IMG/VR virus record: IMGVR_UViG_3300038856_000078
Span: 1 to 56,006 of that record
Direction: 5' to 3' (one strand)
Source of the DNA: a virus
Lineage: Duplodnaviria; Caudoviricetes
DNA: 56,006 nucleotides
Position numbers and translations under genes: made by a program. The notes under the pieces were generated by a model. That model did no database searches and had not been told where the DNA came from. It saw only the letters and a list, made by a program, of their open reading frames with translations. Shown in pieces: positions 18,887 through 28,325 of the stretch. Position 1 is the first letter of the stretch, and every line of letters begins with the position of its first letter.

Positions 18887-19582
18887 CTAACTCCTTTCAA
18901 GTATTTCTGGCCTTTGTCTGTACTCTTCCGCCACCTGCGTCATGAACACAGGCATAAACTCAATGATATGCTCTCGCTTTGTCCCGGCTTTGAGCGCGAT
19001 GTCTACAAGCTGCCCGGCTCGTAGCCAGATCTCGTCTTTATCCGGGAGCTCGTGTTTCTTGAGGCCAGCGGAGATTTGTGACCTTACATCACTTAGGAAT
19101 GCTTGATACTGTGCTTCAGATTGTGCTCGCTCTGTATAGCTCTCCTGTGTTGTTTGGGGTCCAATCACCTTTGCGGGCGTAGCTTCAGATAATCGCTCTG
19201 CAACTCTGTGAGCCCAAGGCGACGAAAGCAGGAAAGCAAGTAACAAAATTATCAATAAAATCCCAAGCACAAAACCCCAACCGTCATCATCATGTTTCTT
19301 GTTGTAAACATTCCACTTTTTTTGGTCTTGCGCCATGCTGGTGCTGTGTGCTTCCATTCTACACACATTCGTTTTAGCGCTACGAAGGGCGGACCGTGCG
19401 TTACAAAGCGCATGGAATCTTTGATTCACCCTTTCCTCAAGGAGCTGCTCAGCAGAGGTCCCTTCTCCAGTCAATAGCCACCCCTTGCTGCCATTAGGCA
19501 TTGGCGCGTATACTTGGACGTTCCATCCTCTTTCCGTGAGGTCCACTATCTCCTGTTTCTTGTTTGTCCAATACGTATTCAT
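18887..19582 (-). CDS. Hypothetical membrane protein
   Basis: SD AGGAG before ATG; one central TM helix. Confidence 0.6.
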   Translation of the reverse strand: MNTYWTNKKQEIVDLTERGWNVQVYAPMPNGSKGWLLTGEGTSAEQLLEERVNQRFHALCNARSALRSAKTNVCRMEAHSTSMAQDQKKWNVYNKKHDDDGWGFVLGILLIILLLAFLLSSPWAHRVAERLSEATPAKVIGPQTTQESYTERAQSEAQYQAFLSDVRSQISAGLKKHELPDKDEIWLRAGQLVDIALKAGTKREHIIEFMPVFMTQVAEEYRQRPEILERS

Positions 19583-19618
19583 AAATACTCCTGGGGTTAT
19601 GAGTTAAGAACTTTTTTA

Positions 19619-19888
19619 TCAACAAGATTCGTCATCTTCAATCCCATAGTATTCGTCTAACATGCCCCAGCTTTCACAAGCCTCGAGCAGGGCCGCATCC
19701 GCGCCCCCTTCTGAGATATGCATCTCGAAGAGGGCGCGGGCCTGGTCATAATCCTCGGGTTTAGTGCTGTCTACGACGCTCACCAGCTCGACATCGTATA
19801 TGTCTACGCGGCCATGGACGACATTAAACTCAAGGTCGAAGTACGCCGATTTCTCTCCGAAGTCGAACGGGTAAGCTGAGTAAATCAT
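19619..19888 (-). CDS. Small acidic hypothetical protein
   Basis: SD GAGGA; D/E-rich 89 aa ORF. Confidence 0.55.
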   Translation of the reverse strand: MIYSAYPFDFGEKSAYFDLEFNVVHGRVDIYDVELVSVVDSTKPEDYDQARALFEMHISEGGADAALLEACESWGMLDEYYGIEDDESC

Positions 19889-20009
19889 TCTTCCTCGTTA
19901 GTGTGTTCGGCCATTTCCCCGCAGTTTACACACGGGGACCAGTGGTCACGGCTTTCGTACGCCTCTGGCGCACCACAACAAGTACTGAGGTATTCGTAAT
20001 CAACTACCA

Positions 20010-21350
20010 TTAGTCCTCCTCCAGCACGAGTCGAGTACTGCCGTCCTCGTTGCGGAACTGGGTGCCGACCACGATGTCTGACAGCGGCCAGCCGCGGTTG
20101 CGGTAGAGAGGTGCCGCGACTCGCTTCTCAATATTCTCGGAGCCGCACTTGGGGCAAATGACCGAGTTCTCGTGCTCCATGAGTGTCTCACACTCGCCGC
20201 AGACCTTGGTCTTCTGGTAGTCGCCGTGGACCACTTCCCGCGAGCCCTTGAAGTAATCGACCGACGAGACGTACATGTCATTCAGCGGCAGGTGGCTAAA
20301 CAACGCTCCAGCAGCAACGAGGATAATCGTCTTCTTCATAAAACCAATTCCTTTCTTTTGAGGCTCCATGTTATACCAATCGACACCATAACACTTTTTT
20401 ACGTCTTCACAAACGTTGTCAAATAAATTCTTCCATTCGTTTCGCGTGTCTCGTGTCTTGTCTCTCTCCTTCTTAACCTCGGCCAATTCGTCCTGGTACC
20501 TGAGAATCTCCTCGTGAGGAGGCTGTAACCTGTTAATCAAGCTAAGTATGTCGTTACTATTATCCTCCATTCCATTCTTGCGGGCTGACCACCTGTAGTC
20601 CCCACTCTTCTGGACTATATCCCAACCGTTTACCTTGCAAATATGCCGGGCGTCTGCCTCTGCCTTGAAACTCACAGTTTTGTTCTCCATATCAACTTCC
20701 GAAACATAGGCCCATGGCTCCTCCGTGTAAATCTTGTCTCCTCGTGTAACCTCTACGCAAGCATTAATAGGCTCGTACTCCGTCGCCGTGTAGAGCTGGT
20801 CCAGAGGCACGCGGCCGAGGACTTCGATGTCGTCAGTTTCCTCTACCCACACCGCGGAAAGGTACGTTTCTCGACACTCGCAGAGAGCTTTGATGTAACG
20901 CTTCTTTTCACCCACAACACAGACAACAAGAGGTACACCAACGTCTACCTCCCAATACGGTCTCCGAATGTCGGCATGACGCGCTGGCCACGAACGAAAC
21001 GCCACGACCATTCCGGGGGTGAGGGGAGTACGAGAAGGCTTGTGACGAGGGTCTTCCCCATACATTGTTCTTGAAGCAAAAACCCATTTTGTTCCTTCCC
21101 ACCTGACGTCGAAAAATGCAGGGTCGTCGAGATACGCCTGAGGCAACTTATAGCACTCCTTCCACTCCTTCGCGTCGAGTTGGTCAGGGGGCAGGCGACC
21201 GATAACTTTCTTAGGCTTACACCCATCCCATTGCTTAGGTGGGATTCCTCCATATGTTCCGTTTGAATTCAGACTTATCGCGTTACCATTGGGTAGTATT
21301 ACCCACTTTGTGTCACCTGTTCCAGTGTAAATAGTCCCCGGCTCAAGCAT
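20010..21350 (-). CDS. Modular hypothetical protein, paralog of 15666..17411
   Basis: SD AAGGAG before ATG 21350; IGRLPP..LDA.EW...YKLP motif; C-terminal hydrophobic segment plus CGEC/CPKC module. Confidence 0.75.
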   Translation of the reverse strand: MLEPGTIYTGTGDTKWVILPNGNAISLNSNGTYGGIPPKQWDGCKPKKVIGRLPPDQLDAKEWKECYKLPQAYLDDPAFFDVRWEGTKWVFASRTMYGEDPRHKPSRTPLTPGMVVAFRSWPARHADIRRPYWEVDVGVPLVVCVVGEKKRYIKALCECRETYLSAVWVEETDDIEVLGRVPLDQLYTATEYEPINACVEVTRGDKIYTEEPWAYVSEVDMENKTVSFKAEADARHICKVNGWDIVQKSGDYRWSARKNGMEDNSNDILSLINRLQPPHEEILRYQDELAEVKKERDKTRDTRNEWKNLFDNVCEDVKKCYGVDWYNMEPQKKGIGFMKKTIILVAAGALFSHLPLNDMYVSSVDYFKGSREVVHGDYQKTKVCGECETLMEHENSVICPKCGSENIEKRVAAPLYRNRGWPLSDIVVGTQFRNEDGSTRLVLEED

Positions 21351-21384
21351 AATCTTTCTCCTTTCAAAATTAGAGGTTTCAGAC

Positions 21385-21412
21385 ATTGTAGCACTCACGC
21401 CCAGCAAGTCAA
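21385..21412 (-). promoter_or_regulatory. Sigma70-type promoter for the leftward accessory operon
   Basis: TTGACT-16nt-TACAAT with extended TG. Confidence 0.65.
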
Positions 21413-21415
21413 GCA

Positions 21416-21444
21416 TTGATTTTAGGGGGAAGGAGTGGTATAAT
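21416..21444 (+). promoter_or_regulatory. Sigma70-type promoter for primase
   Basis: TTGATT-17nt-TATAAT with extended TG; SD AGGAGG downstream. Confidence 0.75.
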
Positions 21445-21466
21445 GGCCCGATTAACAGGAGGTCCT

Positions 21467-23572
21467 ATGTTCCTAACGAAATTCCGTCCGGATGGTCCGG
21501 TCATTCTGTGTTGTATCCCCGCTAATGGCGGCACCTTGGTTGCTGAGAGGTTTGATTCGTATGAGGAGGTGGAGGCGTGGGTCACGGAACACAATCCAGG
21601 TTGCGGAATCTACTACCAAGTCGCTATTCCCAAAGAGGGACTAAGCAAGAAGTTAACTAAGGAAGAGGTGCTGGGCGTCAAGCATCTCTGGGTCGACATC
21701 GATGACGGGGAGGACATCCTCAAGCGGCTCATGGCTCCAGCCGAGGGTGTGCCAGGACGACCCACCGCTGTTGTGAGCTCTGGAGGGGGCTTCCAAGGCC
21801 TCTGGGAGCTGTCCGAGGTATGCCACGACATAGAGACTATAGAACGCGCTACGAGGCACCTGGCGGCGGTTTACGGGGGCGACAGGCAGGCTTGGAACGC
21901 TGACCGATTGCTGCGGCTCCCTGATACTATCAACTATCCCAACGAAGCCAAGCGAAAAAAGGGCCGAACCGCAAAAAAGGCGACCTACAAGTGGCTCGGC
22001 GGGACGTACGACATCAAGGAATTTACACTGGCCCCGCCTCCGAAGCCAAAAGGTGAGGCCGGCGACATCACCATTAATGGCAGAAAAAAGGAGTATAACG
22101 AAGAAAATCTGCCAGAAATGGACGAAAAGTGGAAAGACCTCATAATCCACTGCGAGAACTCGTGGCACTACGAGGACTGCGGCTATCCGTCTCGGAGCGA
22201 GGTTGTCATGGGTGCAGCCCTGTACCTCGTGGAGCGAGACGTGGACCCACAGGTAATCTTCGACATTCTCCTCTCTCGTGACCTCAAGATTTCGGACCAT
22301 ATCTATGACCAAGAGTTCGTGGAGCGATACGCGAAGCGGCAAATCACTCAGGCCATGAAGATGAAGAACGCACCAGAGCCGAGTCTCGCGACGGACGACA
22401 AAGGGAAGCCAATCAAGACTCTCGAGAACGTGGTGCAGGCTGCCAAACTCCTCGGCAACGACTACAAGTACAATGAGCTGTCTGATATCATGCTGGTAGA
22501 CGACAAGCCTTATGAGGACCACATAGCGACCCGCATCAGGCTCGAGGCGGAAAAGAAATGGCAGTTTGGCATTGCTCAAGCCGCAATGACTGACGTCGTC
22601 AAGATGCTCTGCAGGGAGAACCCATTCCACCCGGTTCGGGAGTACCTGTCGCGACTCCCCAAGTGGGACGGGGAGTCTCGGGTTGACGAGTGGCTCGTCA
22701 AGTATTGCGGAGCAGAGGATACGGAGTTCAATCGTGCCGTGGGACGGATTATTCTGGTTGCCGCGGTTCGAAGGATTATGAAGCCCGGATGCAAGTTCGA
22801 TGAGATGCTGATTCTCGAGGGCAGGCAGGGTGACGGGAAAAGTGAGCTGCTGGGTAAGGGCCTTGTTCCCAATTCTGAGTGGTTCAACGACCACCTGACG
22901 CTGGACAGGAGCCCGAAGGATTTTGTTGAAGACACTTTGGGGCACTGGATCATTGAATGCTCGGAGCTCGTCACGATGCGGCGGGCGCAGGTTGAGGGCC
23001 TCAAGGCCATGCTCTCGCGGCAAGTGGACAAGGCCAGGCTGGCCTACGCCAGGTCGCGGTCGGACAGGCCCAGGCAGTTCATTATCATTGGTTCGACGAA
23101 TCAAGAGTGTTACCTCGTGGACGATACCGGGAACAGGCGGTTCTGGCCTGTCAAGACCTCGGGGAAGCTGCACAAAAGAGTGGATGAACTGGCGCGGAAC
23201 AGGGATCAGTTGTGGGCGGAAGCCGTAGCACTCGAGAAGGCGGGCGAGCCCATTAGGCTGGACCCTAAGTTGTATGAGGTTGCGGCCGACCTTCAACGTG
23301 CTCGGCTGGTCGAGAACACTTATACGGAGTCCGTGGGACGTGCGGTGGGGAATTGCGATGGCTGGCTTCGAATGTCGGACCTCTTGAAGCACCTCGCGAT
23401 CCCACTGGGGGACTCCAAGATTTCAAAACTGGTGTCCTCCGCGCTACGTGAGCACGGATTCTTGCCCCGCCAGATGAAGATGGACGGGAGGTCGGCGAGG
23501 GTGTGGGCTCGGGGAGAGGGGAAATTGGAAGCTATTACGTTTTTGTATGAGGATGAAGTGTCTGTTCAATGA
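21467..23572 (+). CDS. Primase-helicase (RepB-like primase plus VirE/VapE ATPase)
   Basis: WVDID, SSGGGFQGLW, RLLRLPDTINYP; PGCKFD, GRQGDGKS, YL.DDTGNRRFWPV. Confidence 0.92.
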   Translation: MFLTKFRPDGPVILCCIPANGGTLVAERFDSYEEVEAWVTEHNPGCGIYYQVAIPKEGLSKKLTKEEVLGVKHLWVDIDDGEDILKRLMAPAEGVPGRPTAVVSSGGGFQGLWELSEVCHDIETIERATRHLAAVYGGDRQAWNADRLLRLPDTINYPNEAKRKKGRTAKKATYKWLGGTYDIKEFTLAPPPKPKGEAGDITINGRKKEYNEENLPEMDEKWKDLIIHCENSWHYEDCGYPSRSEVVMGAALYLVERDVDPQVIFDILLSRDLKISDHIYDQEFVERYAKRQITQAMKMKNAPEPSLATDDKGKPIKTLENVVQAAKLLGNDYKYNELSDIMLVDDKPYEDHIATRIRLEAEKKWQFGIAQAAMTDVVKMLCRENPFHPVREYLSRLPKWDGESRVDEWLVKYCGAEDTEFNRAVGRIILVAAVRRIMKPGCKFDEMLILEGRQGDGKSELLGKGLVPNSEWFNDHLTLDRSPKDFVEDTLGHWIIECSELVTMRRAQVEGLKAMLSRQVDKARLAYARSRSDRPRQFIIIGSTNQECYLVDDTGNRRFWPVKTSGKLHKRVDELARNRDQLWAEAVALEKAGEPIRLDPKLYEVAADLQRARLVENTYTESVGRAVGNCDGWLRMSDLLKHLAIPLGDSKISKLVSSALREHGFLPRQMKMDGRSARVWARGEGKLEAITFLYEDEVSVQ

Positions 23573-23855
23573 TTCCTACAACCTCCTCCTTTACCTCAGA
23601 GAGAATGTTGTCAAACACAGACCTAAAATCATCATCCCTCAATAATCTTTCCACATGTACAGATTCTCGCCCAATGAACCTAATGGAAGTCCGCAATTTC
23701 CACCACCTTTCATCCGGTGTTCTATTAACAACTACTGCTACCTCTCGTAATTCCATTTTCAATCCTTTCTGTTCACGACCTCGGCCGCTTGCGACCGGGT
23801 CTATTGACACCCATGAGGACACTTTACATTGGCCGAGTATCGTATGACGTGTCAC
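23535..23855 (-). CDS. Hypothetical protein
   Basis: Converges on the primase; start coupled to the upstream - strand gene. Confidence 0.45.
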   Translation of the reverse strand: MTRHTILGQCKVSSWVSIDPVASGRGREQKGLKMELREVAVVVNRTPDERWWKLRTSIRFIGRESVHVERLLRDDDFRSVFDNILSEVKEEVVGIIEQTLHPHTKT

Positions 23856-24056
23856 TGGCCCGGTTGCTTTTTTATCTTTTTGATTGCTTCTCCAAGCATT
23901 TCCAAATGAAATTCCATATTGTTTTCAGACAGGTAGGACTTAAGCGCTGAAAGCCGTACAAGGGCTTGCGGCGCAAAGTCAGGACTCTCTTCAACAAACC
24001 TCGGGTACACACAAATCATAGTATGAACGGCCCATTTAAGGGCGTCAGGAGTAGTC

Positions 24057-24401
24057 ATGAGTAACCTTCCACCAAAACCTAAGCCTACTGACCCTGCGTG
24101 GGTACGCAAGGAAAAATGGCGCAAGAGGCGCGAGGCGCGAGAAGCCACGCGGATTTCCTCCGACCATGAGTTGAGCGGCGTGCGTCACAGACAGCCGCAC
24201 CGCGACAAGGGAATGAATGTGAGCTGGTCGGAGGGGCCGGACGGCGCGTTGCATGTCCGGCCCACGAGTATACCGGTTGCGACGGTGCGGGGATACGCGG
24301 TGTCGCAGGAGGATTGGGACGCAATTTTTACTCCCAAGTCCAAAGCTGACCCTCCTTCAGATGAACCTCAAGAAGATCCCGTTGATTGCGAGGAGCGTTA
24401 G
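24057..24401 (+). CDS. Hypothetical protein
   Basis: SD AGGAG; basic N-terminus and WDAIF motif. Confidence 0.5.
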   Translation: MSNLPPKPKPTDPAWVRKEKWRKRREAREATRISSDHELSGVRHRQPHRDKGMNVSWSEGPDGALHVRPTSIPVATVRGYAVSQEDWDAIFTPKSKADPPSDEPQEDPVDCEER

Positions 24402-24558
24402 GGAAGAGGCGACGAATCTCGCGGGTGCACATCCTACCTGAATTATCACTTCTCCACATCTTACCGTTCCATGTATATGTACCTTTTTTGAAAGCCGGCT
24501 TTTTAACATGCACGTCATATTCATTATTTTCTCGATCCCAACTAATCCAGATCTTCAT
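24328..24558 (-). CDS. Hypothetical protein
   Basis: SD AGGAG 7 nt upstream of ATG. Confidence 0.55.
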   Translation of the reverse strand: MKIWISWDRENNEYDVHVKKPAFKKGTYTWNGKMWRSDNSGRMCTREIRRLFPNAPRNQRDLLEVHLKEGQLWTWE

Positions 24559-24560
24559 TA

Positions 24561-25022
24561 ATGGCTCCTAAGAAAATAGTTTACGCGGGTGAAATTAACA
24601 GCGCGCTGGTCGAGCGCGTGTGGAAAGGCAATTGGTCCGAGCTGATTCTGTGCTCGGACGGGGGGTGTACTTACTGCATGAGGGCTATTTGTGACTACCT
24701 CCTGGACAAGGAGAAGAAGGTTGTAGGGGTCGGGCAAATCATGTCGTCTGCGACGGCTATCCTTGCGTGCGGTACGCCTGCTCTGTGCTCGCCCAACTGT
24801 CGGTTCCTTGTTCATGCTTCTGACCTTTCGGAGGCGAGCGGCGGGATTCAAGAGATGCGGAACAATGCCGAGGAGTTGAAGGTTGAGGAGGCCTGGTACT
24901 TAGACGTCATGATGGCTCGGACGAAGTTGTCGCGTGAAGCGTGGGTTGACTTGATTCGTGAGGAGACTGTGTTTGGGGCGGCTATGGCGAAGTCGATTGG
25001 GTTGGTTGATTCAATTCTGTAG
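24561..25022 (+). CDS. ClpP-like serine protease (S14)
   Basis: GEI, CSDGG, G.IMSSATAILACG (Ser), FLVH (His), A.SIGLVDSI. Confidence 0.85.
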   Translation: MAPKKIVYAGEINSALVERVWKGNWSELILCSDGGCTYCMRAICDYLLDKEKKVVGVGQIMSSATAILACGTPALCSPNCRFLVHASDLSEASGGIQEMRNNAEELKVEEAWYLDVMMARTKLSREAWVDLIREETVFGAAMAKSIGLVDSIL

Positions 25023-25114
25023 GCTTAGCGTCCTGGTGTTCTTCACACACTGTGTACCCAAACCTCGGTTCTATCTGATTGTTTTTATACTGACCGCATA
25101 CACAACACGGTTTT

Positions 25115-25351
25115 TCACTTGGATGACCTATCATGCTTTCTCCAATTCCAAATCGTCAAAACGTTCAACACCCCGAGCACACACGACAGGCCCAGCAAGC
25201 TCCAATTCTCGAGGGCCACGGACTGATAGAGATAGGCGGCATTGCCCAAGAAGTTGGCCACGGCGTAGTGGATTGGTTTGCGGCGGGCCATGGACGCCGC
25301 GCCGTATATGAAGCAGAAATTTCCACACCATCCTACGGACTGGGCTATCAC
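25115..25351 (-). CDS. Small 3-TM membrane protein (PnuC/SemiSWEET-like topology)
   Basis: GW.GN..FI.G, ANFLGNAAYLY, third TM ending WNWRK. Confidence 0.55.
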   Translation of the reverse strand: MIAQSVGWCGNFCFIYGAASMARRKPIHYAVANFLGNAAYLYQSVALENWSLLGLSCVLGVLNVLTIWNWRKHDRSSK

Positions 25352-25792
25352 TCCGGAGCCTCGAGCTGTGAGAGTTTCTCTTTGATTTCCGCAATCTCTC
25401 TTGTTAAATTACCTCTTACTATTGGGTAAACTTTTCCGGAAAGTTGAGTCATCCTTTCTTCCTCCGCAAGCTCAGCCTCAAGCCCAGCAAGCTTTACCTT
25501 CAACCTATTAATACGCCGTTGAGTGAACATGAAATACCTTTCAGGATTACCGTTTACAGTTTCAGTCGCGCCGCAAGGGGCCCATCCCAAGCGTGCTGAT
25601 TGGGACGAGATTTTCAACACTCGCAGTGCTGAACAAGTTCCCCACAAAGACGACACAGACCCTGCGACACGTACTCGTAGCCCTCGCGGTAAGCGTCGTC
25701 GTGAATGCAGTCAGGAGGAAGGAACGGACGCCAATCCTCCGCGTCCTTAGCGCCCATGCGGAAATACTCCTGGCGGATTATGTAGCGGTCTC

Positions 25793-26083
25793 TCATTGAC
25801 ACTCCTCGTGGTAGTAGTACTCGTCTCGGAGCACTGGGTTCGGGCCCAGACGTTCGTGGCAAGCAGCGCAGGTCTTGTGCCGGTTGTCGGAGTGTGGTCG
25901 GACGAATTGAAGCTCCACGCTGCAATCCGGAGGCTCCCCCTTGTATAAATCCACGCACCCCGCCTTGAACATGCGAGCGCACAATCTCGCCCAGGCCTCG
26001 TCGCGTGTCTCGGCCTGGATTACATAGGGCTCGGCGTGCTCGTCGTCTGTCCAGCTTACACAAAAACAGTAGTCAGAAATCAT
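25793..26083 (-). CDS. Hypothetical Cys-rich protein
   Basis: CAAC...YHEEC; SD AGGAG. Confidence 0.5.
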   Translation of the reverse strand: MISDYCFCVSWTDDEHAEPYVIQAETRDEAWARLCARMFKAGCVDLYKGEPPDCSVELQFVRPHSDNRHKTCAACHERLGPNPVLRDEYYYHEECQ

Positions 26084-26609
26084 AACTAACTCCTACAAAT
26101 ATTGCGCCGTTTTCGTGGCCCGTATTTTTGGTTGCCTTCGGAAGGCCGAAGAATTGGCGGGTTGAGTCACCGAAGAAGGTCATGCCGTTAGAGTGGTGAA
26201 AATAGCGGTAATCAAGGGAGATGGCGAGTCGAGGGGTTGCGCGCAGAGAGACACCTGCTCCGAGCTCTGTCGTGAAGGTATACCGCACGTCCGAGCCACG
26301 CCAACCTTGGGCAGTGCCCACTCCAAAGACGCCTATCATGTAGGGTGAAATCTTGCTCGGGTATCGGATTTTTACTGCGGTCTCCACGCCGTAGATTTCT
26401 CCATTGCCGCGAATCGTGGTCGGGCCGGCTTCGAGCTGGACTGCTGGGTGCAGGTTGGCGCCGAGTCGGGTCGAAGTCTTGAGTGCATTTATCGTGTTGA
26501 GATGCGGGCGGAGCGTGCTTTGTAGTCCCAGTTTTGGGTGCAGAACGCCGACTTCGGTGACAGAGTAGCAGGAGGATAGCAGCAATGGCAAGAGTAGTAA
26601 GGATTTCAT
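26073..26609 (-). CDS. PagL-like outer-membrane beta-barrel (lipid A 3-O-deacylase family), predicted lipoprotein
   Basis: Lipobox LSSC; amphipathic strands; F..ELGAG, DYRYFHHSNG...NTGHE; terminal Phe. Confidence 0.75.
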   Translation of the reverse strand: MKSLLLLPLLLSSCYSVTEVGVLHPKLGLQSTLRPHLNTINALKTSTRLGANLHPAVQLEAGPTTIRGNGEIYGVETAVKIRYPSKISPYMIGVFGVGTAQGWRGSDVRYTFTTELGAGVSLRATPRLAISLDYRYFHHSNGMTFFGDSTRQFFGLPKATKNTGHENGAIFVGVSYDF

Positions 26610-27624
26610 TCAAGCAAAGACTCCAGGTTGTTAGAGGTTTGGATTTTGTGACTGGGGACGCCGAGTGACTGTGCCCACTCTCTTGTGTGCCGTATGGTGT
26701 TGGGGAGCGCGAGGGAGAGGTTGGCGGCGTAGAGGGTTGGTGGGATGAAGAGGGCTACGAGGTCTCCATTGGAGAACAAGGCACGGGTTTGGTTGGAGAA
26801 CTCGAGCTCATGTTTGTTGATGCCCAAGGGTGTGAGCTTCATCCCGTGTAGCCTCGGTCCTTCAGGTCTTGTCCCAGCTGATCCAAGCGTCCAGCGAGGT
26901 AGTGTTTCCCAGCATCGTCCATCATGTCAGCAAACAAGGATATCGCCTTCATATATCCTTGGTCCTTAATGTAGTTGAGAATATCTCGGCGCAGTGTTGA
27001 ATGGTCCATTAGTTCAGCTCCTTTGCGCAAGAGACCATGATTCGGGAGATTTGGAGGCGTTCCGAGGCGCGACGTTCGGCCTTCATGCGTGAGAGGGCCG
27101 TACGGGCGCTGTAGTGGGTGTAGAAGGCCCGCGCGAGGCGGGTGAGGGTGATAGTGCCCAGGAGGGCGAACGTGGCGTAGAGGCCAAGTATGAGGGTTGT
27201 GGAGATTTCTACCATGGTTTGTCGCTCCCAAGGTCGCGGACTCGGCGGATCGTATCGAGGTACTCTTCGAGTTCTGTGATGAGTGTTGACAATTCGGAAC
27301 CAGTGATTGAGGAAGGAGCCATGTCACACACATGCTGAGAGAGGAGCATGAGGTTGTCAAGGATTTTGTCGGTCATTTTTAGTCCTTTGGTTGAGGGTTG
27401 AAAAAGTGTACAGATTGTGGTATGATAGCGACGGTGCGGAATTTTCCGCCCACTTGGAGGCGAATATCTACAGAATCTACCTCGAGAATTTCGGGGATTT
27501 TTAGTTGACTGGTATATTTTATCGCGTCCGGCAGATTTGTAAAGTCTGGATTGCTTAGGGAAGCGTGCCCAGTTTTGCCGAATAGCCAGGACTGATAGTA
27601 GAGCCTATAAACCATGGAGGAATC

Positions 27625-27924
27625 ATGCCGAAAGAAGTGAACTTGAGGAAGAGGAAAGAGGCTCGGGATAAAAGGCTGAAGGCTGGCCGGGAGAAGCTGC
27701 ATGAGGGGAGGCGCAAGAAGCGTAGGACGTCTGAGAAGTACATGCAGGCTGTCGTTGAGGAGATTGGTACTGACGCCGTTCGGGCGGTCGTCCAGAAGAT
27801 TCTGGAAGAGGCGCTTGACGGGAATCGTGACGCGTGGAATTTTCTGGGGCGCTTCATTTTGGGAAATGGAAAGATTAGTCTTTCAGACCTTGCGAGCCCT
27901 GGTATCCTCAAGCGTAAGGGGTAA
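27625..27924 (+). CDS. Putative terminase small subunit-like protein
   Basis: SD GGAGG; basic N-terminus; VVQKILEEALDGNRDAWNFL helical motif seen in TerS-like proteins. Confidence 0.45.
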   Translation: MPKEVNLRKRKEARDKRLKAGREKLHEGRRKKRRTSEKYMQAVVEEIGTDAVRAVVQKILEEALDGNRDAWNFLGRFILGNGKISLSDLASPGILKRKG

Positions 27925-27968
27925 GTGCTTCCAGTTTTTCCCGTGATAATCTCGCGTTGGGATTCCTC

Positions 27969-28325
27969 TCATTTGTCCTCCAATCCGTACTCCGCGGCGA
28001 GCTTGGTGAATTGTGCGGGCCATTCTTCGGGCTCGTGGAGGTCGTGGACGGCCTGGAGAGTCTTGAGAAGGGAGCGGTTGTCTTCTCCCAAACGAGTTGC
28101 GATGTCGGGGAAGACTTCGAAGAGATTGGGGACGCCGGTGTCGTTGGATGCGTTCTTTTCCCAAGGGGAGACTTTTTCGAGCTCTTGGGGTGTCAGAAGT
28201 ACGCCGACAGCGCAGTTTGTGTTGTTGGGTCCGGCGTAGAGGCATGAGCCGTGGCAACTCATGGACCTTTTGCCCTGGGCGAGGAGTTTGCGCTTTGAGG
28301 TGCTGAAGATTTCTTGAGGATTCAT
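27969..28325 (-). CDS. Hypothetical protein, paralog of 15319..15666
   Basis: QEIF...LLAQG, CLY, CAVGVLL, LQAVHD. Confidence 0.75.
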   Translation of the reverse strand: MNPQEIFSTSKRKLLAQGKRSMSCHGSCLYAGPNNTNCAVGVLLTPQELEKVSPWEKNASNDTGVPNLFEVFPDIATRLGEDNRSLLKTLQAVHDLHEPEEWPAQFTKLAAEYGLEDK

